A DNA stretch of 64,000 nt, from positions 64,001 to 128,000 of the IMG/VR virus record IMGVR_UViG_3300031455_000001. One strand, written 5' to 3'. The DNA comes from a virus. Numbering within the stretch: the first letter of the stretch is position 1; each line of letters begins with the position of its first letter. Positions 18,737 to 28,634 of the stretch are shown here, piece by piece. The translations under genes were made by a program, and so were the position numbers. The notes under the pieces were generated by a model, which saw only the letters and a list, made by a program, of their open reading frames with translations, searched no databases and was not told the origin of the DNA.

Positions 18737-18952
18737 TCATAACACTTTAATCTTTTGTATATAATTAAAAACAATACGAATCTCTTCTCCAGTGTTTAAA
18801 TCATTGCAAACTAAAACAATGTCTCTGTCTCTTCTACTAATTCCTTTAAATCCCAATCTCTGCACTTCAACTTCAACTTCATGAGACATACGATACACTT
18901 GTACTCTCAATTTCTTTCCGACATAGTCTTTTATGCTTACTTCTCTACCCAA
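18737..18952 (-). CDS. Hypothetical protein
   Basis: ORF with RBS. Confidence 0.65.
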   Translation of the reverse strand: MGREVSIKDYVGKKLRVQVYRMSHEVEVEVQRLGFKGISRRDRDIVLVCNDLNTGEEIRIVFNYIQKIKVL

Positions 18953-19036
18953 TCCTCATCATCCTCCTGTTTTAATTATATTAAACATATAACCACACCT
19001 TATAAGATGTGGTCTTTTATTGATTTTAGTCTCTTA

Positions 19037-19540
19037 TTAATTATTTTTGATTTCTTCAATAAAATCATTTATGTCGTCATGTATATTACTGAAGGTATTA
19101 TTGTTATCATAAGATTCAGATATGTTTCTAATTCCGCTTTTTATATAAGACATATCTAATGAGTCAATATCTAAATCACATTCAGAGAGAAATGCATTCA
19201 TTTTATCAACCATTATATTAAAAACCATTATATCTAGATTATCATAAAGAGATCGTGTGTAGTATTGGTAGTAGCCAGCTTTCATGAAGTCTTCAATATT
19301 AGTGCAACCTTCTGTCAAACCTTCGCTAACAGCTTCTTCTATATACTCTCTGATATCTTTTGCGTTCTCCCACAGATCATGGGTGTAAATGGGTATGAAA
19401 TTGTCTGCAATTTCTGAGATTGCATCACAAAGGTAGACATCATCATTGTAGTCTGAAACAAAAGAATTTAAAGCGTCTTCCTCATTTTTTAAATTTTGTA
19501 AAAGCTTATAATCATCTTTAACAATAATCTCTGTTGTCAT
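19037..19540 (-). CDS. Ocr-like acidic DNA-mimic (anti-restriction) protein
   Basis: LCDAISEIADNFIPIYTHDLW resembles T7 Ocr [21 protein letters not shown]; very acidic; ATG at 19540 after AGGGAG. Confidence 0.7.
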   Translation of the reverse strand: MTTEIIVKDDYKLLQNLKNEEDALNSFVSDYNDDVYLCDAISEIADNFIPIYTHDLWENAKDIREYIEEAVSEGLTEGCTNIEDFMKAGYYQYYTRSLYDNLDIMVFNIMVDKMNAFLSECDLDIDSLDMSYIKSGIRNISESYDNNNTFSNIHDDINDFIEEIKNN

Positions 19541-19594
19541 AAACAAGCACTCCCTTATGTTATGATTTATTACGTCTGACAAACCATTGGGCAA

Positions 19595-19915
19595 TTACTT
19601 AATAATGATCGTTGAGTGATAGTTGTTTCTGATCGCCAACATTCTACAAGTAGTCAATCTTCTACCTGTTTTCATTATCCATCCCACACCTTCATTAAAG
19701 GTTATTGGTATGCATTCAGAGTCAAGTATCACATCGCTTGTTTCACCCATAAATCGACCATTGATAGTTCCATCTGTCATAAGATTAACATTTGTAAGAT
19801 AGATGTAGAAATCTTGTTCAGAACTAAAAATCACCTTATCATCTTTCACTACTTCGAAGTTGTCCTCATTATTAAAGATCACATTTACTCTTTTGTTTCT
19901 CATAGGTTTTCTCAT
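19595..19915 (-). CDS. Hypothetical protein
   Basis: ORF with RBS. Confidence 0.65.
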   Translation of the reverse strand: MRKPMRNKRVNVIFNNEDNFEVVKDDKVIFSSEQDFYIYLTNVNLMTDGTINGRFMGETSDVILDSECIPITFNEGVGWIMKTGRRLTTCRMLAIRNNYHSTIIIK

Positions 19916-20091
19916 GTTGTATCAATCCTCTCGTATAGTTGCTTTATACGATTATTATATGCACTTATTGAGGATTTTATACTTATCAATGACTAGGATT
20001 TTATTTTTATTTGTCACTCAAAAATGTGCTTAAATAACTGTATTAATCATATTAACACTCCTTTTGGTAAAAGGGAGAAAAATCTCCCTTG

Positions 20092-21129
20092 TTAAATACG
20101 TCTCAATTGAAACATTAGATCCCTTAATGATTCTCTGCTTAATACTACTTCATTGTCACCTTGTTGAATTACTGCATGATCTCCTACCTCATAAGCCCAC
20201 ACATCTCCGTTTTCATCGTTTACTTCTGCCCAGATTTCTTCTTCTGCCCAATCACTTGCATAGTTGTAAGCTGAACTGCTGTAACCAAAATCGTTATGTC
20301 TATCTTTTGGATACCAAGCTTTAACCCACTTGTTTTCGTTGGGTACTTCGTTGAACTTTTCACAGTGTAAATTGATGATTGCAAATGTTTGCATAATAAG
20401 CCGAACCGTGTCTCCCATGTCGCTTAGTGATACAAACTCTCTGTCTGTATGTTCGTTCATGTAGCCAGCGCTTAAGTTGATTGAATTTACTCCATTTTGT
20501 GCAAAAGTCATTGCATCTGAGATGCCACCTCCAACACATGCCCAATCCTGCTCAATCAAACCAGAAACATTCTCCATGAACTCACCTACAGAATCACTAC
20601 AGAATGCCATTCCACAGCCTACAACGATATCTCGATTGCCTCTACGATCAACAACAATTGCCAAATCAGCATCTTCATAGAATCTCGGGTCAATTTTTTC
20701 CGATCCAACACAACCTACCTCTTCTTCTCTAGAGAAAGCAACTTTCACAGTGCCATTAAATCCTTCAAGTTGTTTAAGATTTCTAAGAACAGTCAGTACA
20801 ATTGCAATCCCTGCTCGGTCATCCGCTCCTAAAATAGCAGGCTTACCAGATGGAAGTTCCGCATTGATCATCCCATCTACTTCAACCAACACCTTATCTC
20901 TCATCACTCCACTAACCGTGTCCATGTGAGCCGATAGTAAAACCGTTGCACCTTTTCCATTTCCCATTTTCTTCTCTGCTAAAAGATTGCCATAATGATC
21001 CACCTTAACCATGTCTACTAGTGGAGTTAAAACAGGAATTAAATGCTCTCTAACTGGAGCCTCCATTCCACTCACTCCATATATGTTAAGTAGGTCAATC
21101 AGTTGTTCTCTCATTAGTTTCATTAGCAT
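20092..21129 (-). CDS. M20/M28/M42-clan zinc peptidase
   Basis: SAHMDTV, GADDRAG, EEVG, VVD, NEH metal ligands. Confidence 0.85.
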   Translation of the reverse strand: MLMKLMREQLIDLLNIYGVSGMEAPVREHLIPVLTPLVDMVKVDHYGNLLAEKKMGNGKGATVLLSAHMDTVSGVMRDKVLVEVDGMINAELPSGKPAILGADDRAGIAIVLTVLRNLKQLEGFNGTVKVAFSREEEVGCVGSEKIDPRFYEDADLAIVVDRRGNRDIVVGCGMAFCSDSVGEFMENVSGLIEQDWACVGGGISDAMTFAQNGVNSINLSAGYMNEHTDREFVSLSDMGDTVRLIMQTFAIINLHCEKFNEVPNENKWVKAWYPKDRHNDFGYSSSAYNYASDWAEEEIWAEVNDENGDVWAYEVGDHAVIQQGDNEVVLSRESLRDLMFQLRRI

Positions 21130-21210
21130 CTGCCCCTTTAATTGTTTTTCTTATTATATTAAGTATACTATAATTTATTGCTTTTGTCAAGAGATTATTT
21201 AAAGCTTTCT

Positions 21211-21855
21211 CTAATTTCTTTTTACATATTCTTTCTCCATATGTAATCGTTCTAATAAATTTTGATTCATAGCGCTTAACTGTGCATCTTCGATTTCTTC
21301 TATCCTCATTTTCACTTCTTCTATTTCACTATTGAAGCTTTTCAACAACTCAATAGTTGCTTCTTTAATCTCACTTAAGATTTCACCATTATAACTTATT
21401 GATTCAATAAGTGTCTTATATATAGTTATAAGTGTTATCTCGTATCTAATCATCGTATAGGAGTACGGCTCAATGTCTTCATGGGTCGATAACATGGTGT
21501 GAATATTTTTAGCATGATTTATAACTACGTAATCACCACTATGATAAAATTGATTATATTCGTCAAGACAAGCGGTATACCCACCTGTGATTAGATGATT
21601 TTTAAAAACTTCACTAACTAAGGATTTTAATGGCACATGTTCATAAATGAAGTTATCGTCACGGTGATAGAATGCTATAATGTTTTTACTTTTGTAAATT
21701 CTGAAATGAGAAAACTCAATTGGATCGATCGCACCTGAGTCTATATTCTCTAGAATCATCTGTAAATATTTTAATGTATTGAATTTAATATCTTCAACAG
21801 CTCGATCCTCACTTTTATTGAATAACCTTTTAAAGATATTGTTTAGAAAACACAC
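21211..21855 (-). CDS. Hypothetical protein
   Basis: 214 aa, GGAGG RBS, own promoter. Confidence 0.7.
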   Translation of the reverse strand: MCFLNNIFKRLFNKSEDRAVEDIKFNTLKYLQMILENIDSGAIDPIEFSHFRIYKSKNIIAFYHRDDNFIYEHVPLKSLVSEVFKNHLITGGYTACLDEYNQFYHSGDYVVINHAKNIHTMLSTHEDIEPYSYTMIRYEITLITIYKTLIESISYNGEILSEIKEATIELLKSFNSEIEEVKMRIEEIEDAQLSAMNQNLLERLHMEKEYVKRN

Positions 21856-21926
21856 AGCTAACGCCTCCTTTATTTAAGTATACCATTATTTATTGTTATT
21901 GTAAAGTCCTATTTTAATACAGCCTC

Positions 21927-22166
21927 TTACAAGAAAGAGGCTGTATTAAAATAGGTTTCAACATGGTCTGGATCATCCCAAGTAGACCACAGGGTGGTGG
22001 AGTCTTCATTAATATGAAGCCTATACGCTACTAAACCATTACTAGGGTATATCTCCAATTTATACTCTCTGCCATCAACCCTGTCAGTAACATTGACGAA
22101 CTGACTTAAACCATGAAAAGAACCGAATAAAGATTGAATGTACAATAATTGTTGTTTATTATCCAT
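21927..22166 (-). CDS. Hypothetical protein
   Basis: RBS. Confidence 0.7.
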   Translation of the reverse strand: MDNKQQLLYIQSLFGSFHGLSQFVNVTDRVDGREYKLEIYPSNGLVAYRLHINEDSTTLWSTWDDPDHVETYFNTASFL

Positions 22167-22234
22167 TAATAAACACCCTCTCCTTTTAAGTTTAAATTGT
22201 GAACTTATTAAGTGACTGCGCCAGTGTCAGTTGA

Positions 22235-22420
22235 TCATTGTTTAACATTGCTGTTTTTAATTTGCCATTCATATTCTGTATATGCAGAATACCAATCATT
22301 TCCATATAATTCTTCTACAAAACCAATCGCTTCCTTAATGGTGCTTGCCAATACCTCTGCAACTTCATTTTTTTGCGGGCTGTTTTTGCTAAATGTAAAA
22401 TAATATTTGTTCATTTTCAT
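22235..22420 (-). CDS. Hypothetical protein
   Basis: RBS. Confidence 0.65.
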   Translation of the reverse strand: MKMNKYYFTFSKNSPQKNEVAEVLASTIKEAIGFVEELYGNDWYSAYTEYEWQIKNSNVKQ

Positions 22421-22450
22421 CCCTCCATCTAAGCTGAAATATTATTCTTA

Positions 22451-22738
22451 TTAAATCACCCTAAGCACTGCTTCCTTTACTTCATAAGGAAGGCTACCCC
22501 ATTCCATCTGTTTGCCGATATTTTTATTATATTCCTCATCGTTTTCTAGTTCATCTAAATCAATGTAACCATTTTCATCCAAAGACCAAACACCTAAAGG
22601 ATGAGATGGGTTATAACTAGTTGCAACTGTAAAACTATCTCCATTCTCATAAAGTATACATATAGTATATCTGTCAATTGTTTCACCTTCATTATCAAAA
22701 ATGTACATAACTTCCTCTGGTTGCTCAATAGTTTTCAT
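22451..22738 (-). CDS. Acidic phage protein (DNxGxTxDRYT family)
   Basis: DNEGETIDRYTI motif. Confidence 0.7.
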   Translation of the reverse strand: MKTIEQPEEVMYIFDNEGETIDRYTICILYENGDSFTVATSYNPSHPLGVWSLDENGYIDLDELENDEEYNKNIGKQMEWGSLPYEVKEAVLRVI

Positions 22739-22869
22739 TTTCTTTTCCTCCTTATAGTTTAAAATATATTAAAGACTTATATTATTTATTGTGCATCTCT
22801 TATCTTAATTTAATTATAACACGCACATTATCTTTTGTCAAGAGACATTAAAAGAAAAATTTTACTTCT

Positions 22870-23100
22870 TTACCAGTTAGATTTTCCACCGCTTATTTTT
22901 ATAAGCTCTCTATCTGTAACCCATCCACGCTTCCCCATTTTATCTTTAACACCGTAATTAGTGCCATCGCGTGAAGGGAAATAAGTCTCCACGCAAACCT
23001 CTTCTAATATCTCAAATGAGTGTCCATAACCAAACTTGGATTCCTTATTGGATATAACAATTAAATGCTCTCCTATTTTATGCTCAACCTGTTCATACAT
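22870..23100 (-). CDS. Hypothetical protein
   Basis: ORF. Confidence 0.65.
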   Translation of the reverse strand: MYEQVEHKIGEHLIVISNKESKFGYGHSFEILEEVCVETYFPSRDGTNYGVKDKMGKRGWVTDRELIKISGGKSNW

Positions 23101-23232
23101 ACAATCAACCCCTATTATCTTATATCATTATTATATGCAATTGTGAGAAGGAATAGAATAGGTATAATATACTATTTATAATTATACTCTGCATATTAAC
23201 CACAATTTGAGCATTTAAAACTTAAGATATCT

Positions 23233-23649
23233 TCATTTCCACTCATTCTCCATGATTCTATTTTGTAATTGATCAACCATTCCTTCAATCTCTTTTTTTA
23301 CATAGAAAACATCTTTATAAGTTCCTCCGCTTAATATTCCTAATCCCATATTTGCCATGCTTGGAACTAGATCATCAAAATGAGCTGTATCAAATCCAAT
23401 AACATAGTCATCATCACTGAAATATTCCTTCATTTCATCAAAAACATTCTCGGCTTCTACAAAATAAGTTACTCCACCATGCACACCAACACTATGCTCA
23501 TCAAAATCTTCAATTTTTTTCATTCCTACATATCCGCATAGATGCCCTAGTGATTGATGTCTATAGATAGCGCACTTGTGTCCTTTGTATTCAAAATAAA
23601 CTTCATCAGGTTCATCTTTCCATACCATCACTAATTCATTTTCACTCAT
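23233..23649 (-). CDS. Conserved phage protein (CGYV...HGGxTY...GFDxAH family)
   Basis: Motifs visible. Confidence 0.75.
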   Translation of the reverse strand: MSENELVMVWKDEPDEVYFEYKGHKCAIYRHQSLGHLCGYVGMKKIEDFDEHSVGVHGGVTYFVEAENVFDEMKEYFSDDDYVIGFDTAHFDDLVPSMANMGLGILSGGTYKDVFYVKKEIEGMVDQLQNRIMENEWK

Positions 23650-23880
23650 TTAAACCACTCCTTTTATAATATCAGCTTTTTATATAGACTGTTTAATGAT
23701 TTCAATTGCTTTCTTTTGAGTTATTTTTTGTACTGCTCCAATACTTGAAATATAGAATTTGCCACGATAGTAATTTACGCCATGATAATTAGTACCTTCA
23801 TCACTTTTCATCTTTTCAATAATTGCTTTGATTTGCTTATCCATATTATCGCCCTCCGTTATTTTGATAAAAGTCGCATT

Positions 23881-24099
23881 TTATTTATTTTCTTCCAACC
23901 ATTCAATTTTATCTATTGTATAATCTTCAAGACTGCAACTTTCCTCTCCTTCTCCCTCATTTATTTCTACGTATTCGTCATATTGTTCTGCAACCGTTTG
24001 AATAAATTTATCATCCTTTTTCAACTCAATGACAATCGCATCTTGCACTAAGTTATCCATAATTTTTTTCACATTATTTAATGTAGTCATAATTATCAT
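23881..24099 (-). CDS. Acidic hypothetical protein, paralog A
   Basis: Paralog of 24844-25062. Confidence 0.75.
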   Translation of the reverse strand: MIIMTTLNNVKKIMDNLVQDAIVIELKKDDKFIQTVAEQYDEYVEINEGEGEESCSLEDYTIDKIEWLEENK

Positions 24100-24320
24100 C
24101 CTCCATTTTTAAATTAAGTATAGAATATCACCATTTTATACATTTTTAACTACAATATAAGTGTAATAATATCCATCATCTGATTGCGTTTGTTCGACAA
24201 CCTTATAATTCAATTGCTCTAACACAACTTCAACAGTATAATAATTTTCAACACGACAGATTACTTTTTCTCTCTTTTCCATATTATCATCTCCTTTTTA
24301 TTTTGTAGAAAATGAACATT

Positions 24321-24539
24321 TTATGCATATTTGAAATCAATATTGCCATCATTCACAACAGGTTTATAGAAGTTCCCAGATGTCGATTCGAATAATAATC
24401 CTTCATGATTTTCTACTTGTTTTAGATTTCCATATTCAATCCTAGTCAAAAGTAACTTATCATTGTTTTCAAGAGTTATTTTGAAGTGCCCTGCATTTTC
24501 AACAAATTCACTATTTTTAGTTTTTACCACTTTAATCAT
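24321..24539 (-). CDS. Hypothetical protein
   Basis: Bounded by TAAAA-N6-TTTTA-type elements. Confidence 0.7.
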   Translation of the reverse strand: MIKVVKTKNSEFVENAGHFKITLENNDKLLLTRIEYGNLKQVENHEGLLFESTSGNFYKPVVNDGNIDFKYA

Positions 24540-24843
24540 CTCCCTGTATAAAATTAGAATATTATCAATTAATACTCTTCTCTGTATTCTGATACAGAGA
24601 GAACTCTGTCTCTATCGTCATGTTTGTAAACCATCTTATTCGCTTGCTTCCACGCTTCTGCCTCATTTCTTGCGCTTACCACCTCGGCATAATCTTTACT
24701 GTTAGCGCTTTGATATTTGATTAGATAGGATTTCATTTTGGTTTCCTCCTCTTTTTATCTTATATTAAGTATACACTAAATTAATTCTTTTGTCAAAAGA
24801 TTTTATCATTAATTTTTTAATAAAAAACTATTAACTTGCTTGC

Positions 24844-25062
24844 TCATACATTTTCTTCCCACCATTCAATTTTATCAATCGTGTAGTTTTCAAGATTGCA
24901 ACTTTCTTCTCCTTCTTCTTCATTTATCATTACATAGCCATCATATTGTTCTGCGACCGTCAAAAGAAATGCAATATCTTCTTTCAACTTAGTGACTGTT
25001 GCATCTTGTACTAAATTTCCCATAACCTCTTTTACATTTTCTAAAGTAGTCATAATTATCAT
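24844..25062 (-). CDS. Acidic hypothetical protein, paralog B
   Basis: Paralog of 23881-24099. Confidence 0.75.
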   Translation of the reverse strand: MIIMTTLENVKEVMGNLVQDATVTKLKEDIAFLLTVAEQYDGYVMINEEEGEESCNLENYTIDKIEWWEENV

Positions 25063-25275
25063 TTTCCTCTCTTCTTCAGAGTTTTCAGAACACTTGTTTC
25101 TCCACGCTCATAACCGAAAGTAATAAAACCCTTTATGGTTCTCCTATCTTTTTCACTTAAATGACTCAACTGCATATCAACCATCTTGAACAATGATTTT
25201 AAGTTTTCCATGTTACCACTCTCCTTTAGCTTAATACCATTATATCATACATTTGTATCTTTTGTCAAAAGATTT

Positions 25276-25494
25276 TTAATCTTTCTTCCAATATTTTTGT
25301 GGTAGTGGAATTGTTTTAAATGAGTGACCAACACCATAAGCGCTTCTGTAATTATCAAGAAGATCATTTAATTCTGGTTTGTCTACAGCATAGTCACAAT
25401 GCTCATATGCTCTGTCATAAGGCGTTTTAACTAAGATCTGATACTTATATCCTTCTTCTGGTGAGTAAGCTTGTGGATAAGCCATATCAATCAC
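25276..25494 (-). CDS. Hypothetical protein
   Basis: ORF. Confidence 0.7.
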   Translation of the reverse strand: MIDMAYPQAYSPEEGYKYQILVKTPYDRAYEHCDYAVDKPELNDLLDNYRSAYGVGHSFKTIPLPQKYWKKD

Positions 25495-25973
25495 GCTCCA
25501 TTCGTTCTTTTTAGGTTTTGTAATGCACTAACTAAAAACTCACGTTCCTCATCATCTATCCATGTTATTTTATCAGCATTGGAAATATGCTCATCAACAT
25601 CTTCAAGATTGTTTATATATTCACTAGATCCTAAACCCCAGCCATTTGACGTGTGAATTGTTGCTAATGAGTTTGTATTTTCAACGCCAATCCAATCACA
25701 TACTTTTATAGTGCCACCATGATTACAGTTTATTTTATATTCTATGCAATCATAACCCTCTTTAATCCCTTTGTGACAGCCGACATATTCTACATATCGG
25801 GCGTGATCATCTGGATTAACCTCATTTAATTTTATAAGTGCCAAACTTACAAATCCATTTACTCTATAGTTATTCATTTTTTGTTTCTTTAATTGTTGAG
25901 CCAGAACAATCACATCATTCATTGTTGCCACTTGATTTATATAATCTTCTATTGTCATCATCATCTCAATCAC
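25491..25973 (-). CDS. Hypothetical protein
   Basis: ORF with promoter. Confidence 0.7.
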   Translation of the reverse strand: MIEMMMTIEDYINQVATMNDVIVLAQQLKKQKMNNYRVNGFVSLALIKLNEVNPDDHARYVEYVGCHKGIKEGYDCIEYKINCNHGGTIKVCDWIGVENTNSLATIHTSNGWGLGSSEYINNLEDVDEHISNADKITWIDDEEREFLVSALQNLKRTNGA

Positions 25974-26056
25974 GCTCCGATCTGTTTTCTAATACCATTA
26001 TATCATACATTTATATCTTTTGTCAAAAGATATAAATGTGAATTTGTAAAATATTT

Positions 26057-26245
26057 TTATTGTATGATTCCAATAAGATTTACTCTCTTTTGATAATCAG
26101 CAAGTCGCTTTGCTTTTTCAATAGTTGGTAATAATCTACCATTAGAATGCTCTACAGAAAATCCTATCTCACCATTTTCCTCAACTGTCCAGATCATTTG
26201 TCTTTTATAAATAACGCAACCAATAACTTTTCTCATAACTATCAA
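26057..26245 (-). CDS. Hypothetical protein
   Basis: ORF. Confidence 0.6.
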   Translation of the reverse strand: MIVMRKVIGCVIYKRQMIWTVEENGEIGFSVEHSNGRLLPTIEKAKRLADYQKRVNLIGIIQ

Positions 26246-26562
26246 ACCCCTTCCTTATGTTTAGTGATATAACAGTAATCAATTTCCCAACCCTGATAAA
26301 TGTAATGATCTAACCTCACACCTATATCAATGCCATCTAAGCAGTTGCCAAAAATAGAGTTTGCAATTTTACTAGGATCAAAATATCTACAATCATGATT
26401 AACCTTATAACTTCTTTCCAGCTCTGTATAAGGCTTATCAAAAGTATCTTCGGTAAAGACAATTACCGCTTCTTCCCAAGTTTTATCATTAGCAAGTTCA
26501 TGCAATGTAGTTTTTTTCATTATCATCATTCCTTTCCTGTCTGTAATACCATTATAACACAT
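26242..26562 (-). CDS. Conserved phage early protein
   Basis: VIVF...ERSY...SIFGNCLDG.D.GVRLD motif. Confidence 0.7.
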   Translation of the reverse strand: MCYNGITDRKGMMIMKKTTLHELANDKTWEEAVIVFTEDTFDKPYTELERSYKVNHDCRYFDPSKIANSIFGNCLDGIDIGVRLDHYIYQGWEIDYCYITKHKEGV

Positions 26563-26600
26563 GATTTATCTTTTGTCAAAAGATATTTTGCGCTATCAAA

Positions 26601-26789
26601 TTAATCTTTATCTACATCTAAATAATCTACATAATACTTATCAACACTACCTTTATTAAAGTCATCTGCAACCTTCTTTGCTTTTTCTTCTGATAAATAT
26701 GCGATATCATTTAATATTGAATCGTATGAATCCATTTCTTCCTGTCTTTTAACAATCCAAATTCTATCCATTTTTATCTCTCGCACCAT
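26601..26789 (-). CDS. Hypothetical protein
   Basis: ORF. Confidence 0.6.
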   Translation of the reverse strand: MVREIKMDRIWIVKRQEEMDSYDSILNDIAYLSEEKAKKVADDFNKGSVDKYYVDYLDVDKD

Positions 26790-27397
26790 TCCAAATTTTC
26801 AATTAACTTTTGATGATCCGTTCCTATATAAAATTGCAATTCACTTTCAATATTCTCTAGTCCATAAAACCCAAAACAACTTTCAATAATATCACCTTCA
26901 CTATCTTCAAAGAAGAATCCAAAAACATCACCTCTTAAATATTGATCATAAGTTTCAACTTCAGATACTAGACATTTTTCAGCTACTTCCAATCCATCAC
27001 ATTCTTTCAAAGCCTTCTCATTGCTTACGTGAGTCCAACCGATCTGACCACTATCCCAATTACAAGAAAAACCCGTTGTATTCATACTAAGTCCAGAATG
27101 ATCATAAAGATAAAGAGGTTTAATGATATATTTTTTCTCAATAATCTCCATCAAGCTTTCCATATTCATCACATTTAAATCAATATCAGGATCAATCTGA
27201 TTCACTAAATCTTCTAACAGATCTCTGGGATCTGAATAATTATGATTATCACCTAAATTATATTTGCTATGAAAACAAATCATTGTTCCAAGATTATCAA
27301 AGTCTTTTCTTGGTGATTCAACATCAGTATCTTGCATGATTTTAAGAACATGAGTATCATTTTTTGCAATTTTAACGGTGTGTGACATAATTATCAA
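26774..27397 (-). CDS. Conserved mobile-element protein (PLYLYDHSG...WDSGQIG family)
   Basis: Motif visible; acidic. Confidence 0.75.
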   Translation of the reverse strand: MIIMSHTVKIAKNDTHVLKIMQDTDVESPRKDFDNLGTMICFHSKYNLGDNHNYSDPRDLLEDLVNQIDPDIDLNVMNMESLMEIIEKKYIIKPLYLYDHSGLSMNTTGFSCNWDSGQIGWTHVSNEKALKECDGLEVAEKCLVSEVETYDQYLRGDVFGFFFEDSEGDIIESCFGFYGLENIESELQFYIGTDHQKLIENLEWCER

Positions 27398-27467
27398 TTC
27401 CCTTCTTTTCTTATATTTTTATTATACGGTTATATTGCATTTATAACATTTTTTTAAAATATTACTT

Positions 27468-27755
27468 TTATCCATGAACATAGTGAGCAATATTTCCGTT
27501 ACTCAAAACAGTATATTTATTTTCAAATTCCAGACTATAATCAACTTCCTCATATTCTTCTTTGTTTTCATAAATTTCTATATCCCCATTTTCAATATCT
27601 ATTCTTACATCTTCATGGCTTGTATAATTTGAATCCTCTACAATCTCTTGAATTAATTTTTCGTTAAGTTTGCTCATTTTAATTCCTCCATTTTCTGTAT
27701 CAAGATTTATTTTAACTCTTAACAATATTATAACAAGTAAATTATCTTTTGTCAA
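27468..27755 (-). CDS. Acidic hypothetical protein (start probably 27677)
   Basis: GGAGG RBS before MSKLNE. Confidence 0.65.
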   Translation of the reverse strand: MTKDNLLVIILLRVKINLDTENGGIKMSKLNEKLIQEIVEDSNYTSHEDVRIDIENGDIEIYENKEEYEEVDYSLEFENKYTVLSNGNIAHYVHG

Positions 27756-27794
27756 CAGATTATTGAAGAAAAAAGAGAAGTTTTCACCTCTCTG

Positions 27795-28016
27795 TTAAAA
27801 GAAAATCTTGACACCTTTTTTGTTGATTGCTTCCTCAACATCATTTTTTAAACTGTCAATTGCAGTTGGGTCTAATCTTTCCAATTCTTCCTTAAGGCGA
27901 GAGTCGATTGATTTAATATCCCCAATCAATTCAATTGCGTTATAGATACTGCCACTTGCATCATCTAAATGCTTCCATATTTCTTTTAAATTGTTAGCTG
28001 TTTTATATTTTGCCAT
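27795..28016 (-). CDS. Hypothetical protein
   Basis: RBS. Confidence 0.7.
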   Translation of the reverse strand: MAKYKTANNLKEIWKHLDDASGSIYNAIELIGDIKSIDSRLKEELERLDPTAIDSLKNDVEEAINKKGVKIFF

Positions 28017-28042
28017 TTAAATTCCTCCTGTTTAAAAGTTCT

Positions 28043-28285
28043 TTAAAATATTTCAGTAACTCTATAAGCGATGATTTCACCTTCATTATCATATTGAGGA
28101 GTCAATGCGTAGGAATCTTGTTTGTCGATGTGATTATTAATATCTTCTTTATCAACTTTCCAACAATCATTATACTTCTCACCATTCCAACCATTCAAAA
28201 CATAATGTGAGCCTCTAACTTCAACAACTTCCATTAAATTTGTTGAAAACTGATTAATATAACCTACTGTTTTCACTCCTATCAC
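28043..28285 (-). CDS. Hypothetical protein
   Basis: RBS, promoter. Confidence 0.7.
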   Translation of the reverse strand: MIGVKTVGYINQFSTNLMEVVEVRGSHYVLNGWNGEKYNDCWKVDKEDINNHIDKQDSYALTPQYDNEGEIIAYRVTEIF

Positions 28286-28354
28286 CCTCCTATTTGTTTT
28301 ACTAATATCATTATATCACACCTAATTTCTTTTGTCAAGAGATATTGAAATGTT

Positions 28355-28549
28355 TTACTCCATATTCACCAATGTGACAGCATCACTATTGTAACAAGCT
28401 AAAAATCCATCTTTAGTGAATACCGTAACAGTTGATTCACCTTTTTTGTTTCCACACTCATCATAATAAATCTTATGACTAATATCTATAACATCATGCA
28501 GTTTGCCATTAACTCTTGCTTTTATGTTGTGCAATTTCATCACCTTCAT
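28355..28549 (-). CDS. Hypothetical protein
   Basis: RBS. Confidence 0.6.
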   Translation of the reverse strand: MKVMKLHNIKARVNGKLHDVIDISHKIYYDECGNKKGESTVTVFTKDGFLACYNSDAVTLVNME

Positions 28550-28634
28550 ATGCCCTCACTCCTTGTTTTGTTTTGGGTTATGGTTTATGATATGCATTAT
28601 CTTTTGTCAAAAGAACAATAATTAAAAATAAATT

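Larger units (their letters stand above)
17768..28338 (-). promoter_or_regulatory. Series of near-consensus sigma-A early promoters sharing TTGACAAAAG
   Basis: 17768-17796, 21162-21190, 22813-22841, 24768-24796, 25239-25268, 25997-26026, 26551-26579, 27727-27755, 28310-28338. Confidence 0.8.

Noticed and set aside
820-28210. Numerous plus-strand ORFs in the track
   Set aside because: Antisense shadows of minus-strand genes, without RBSs
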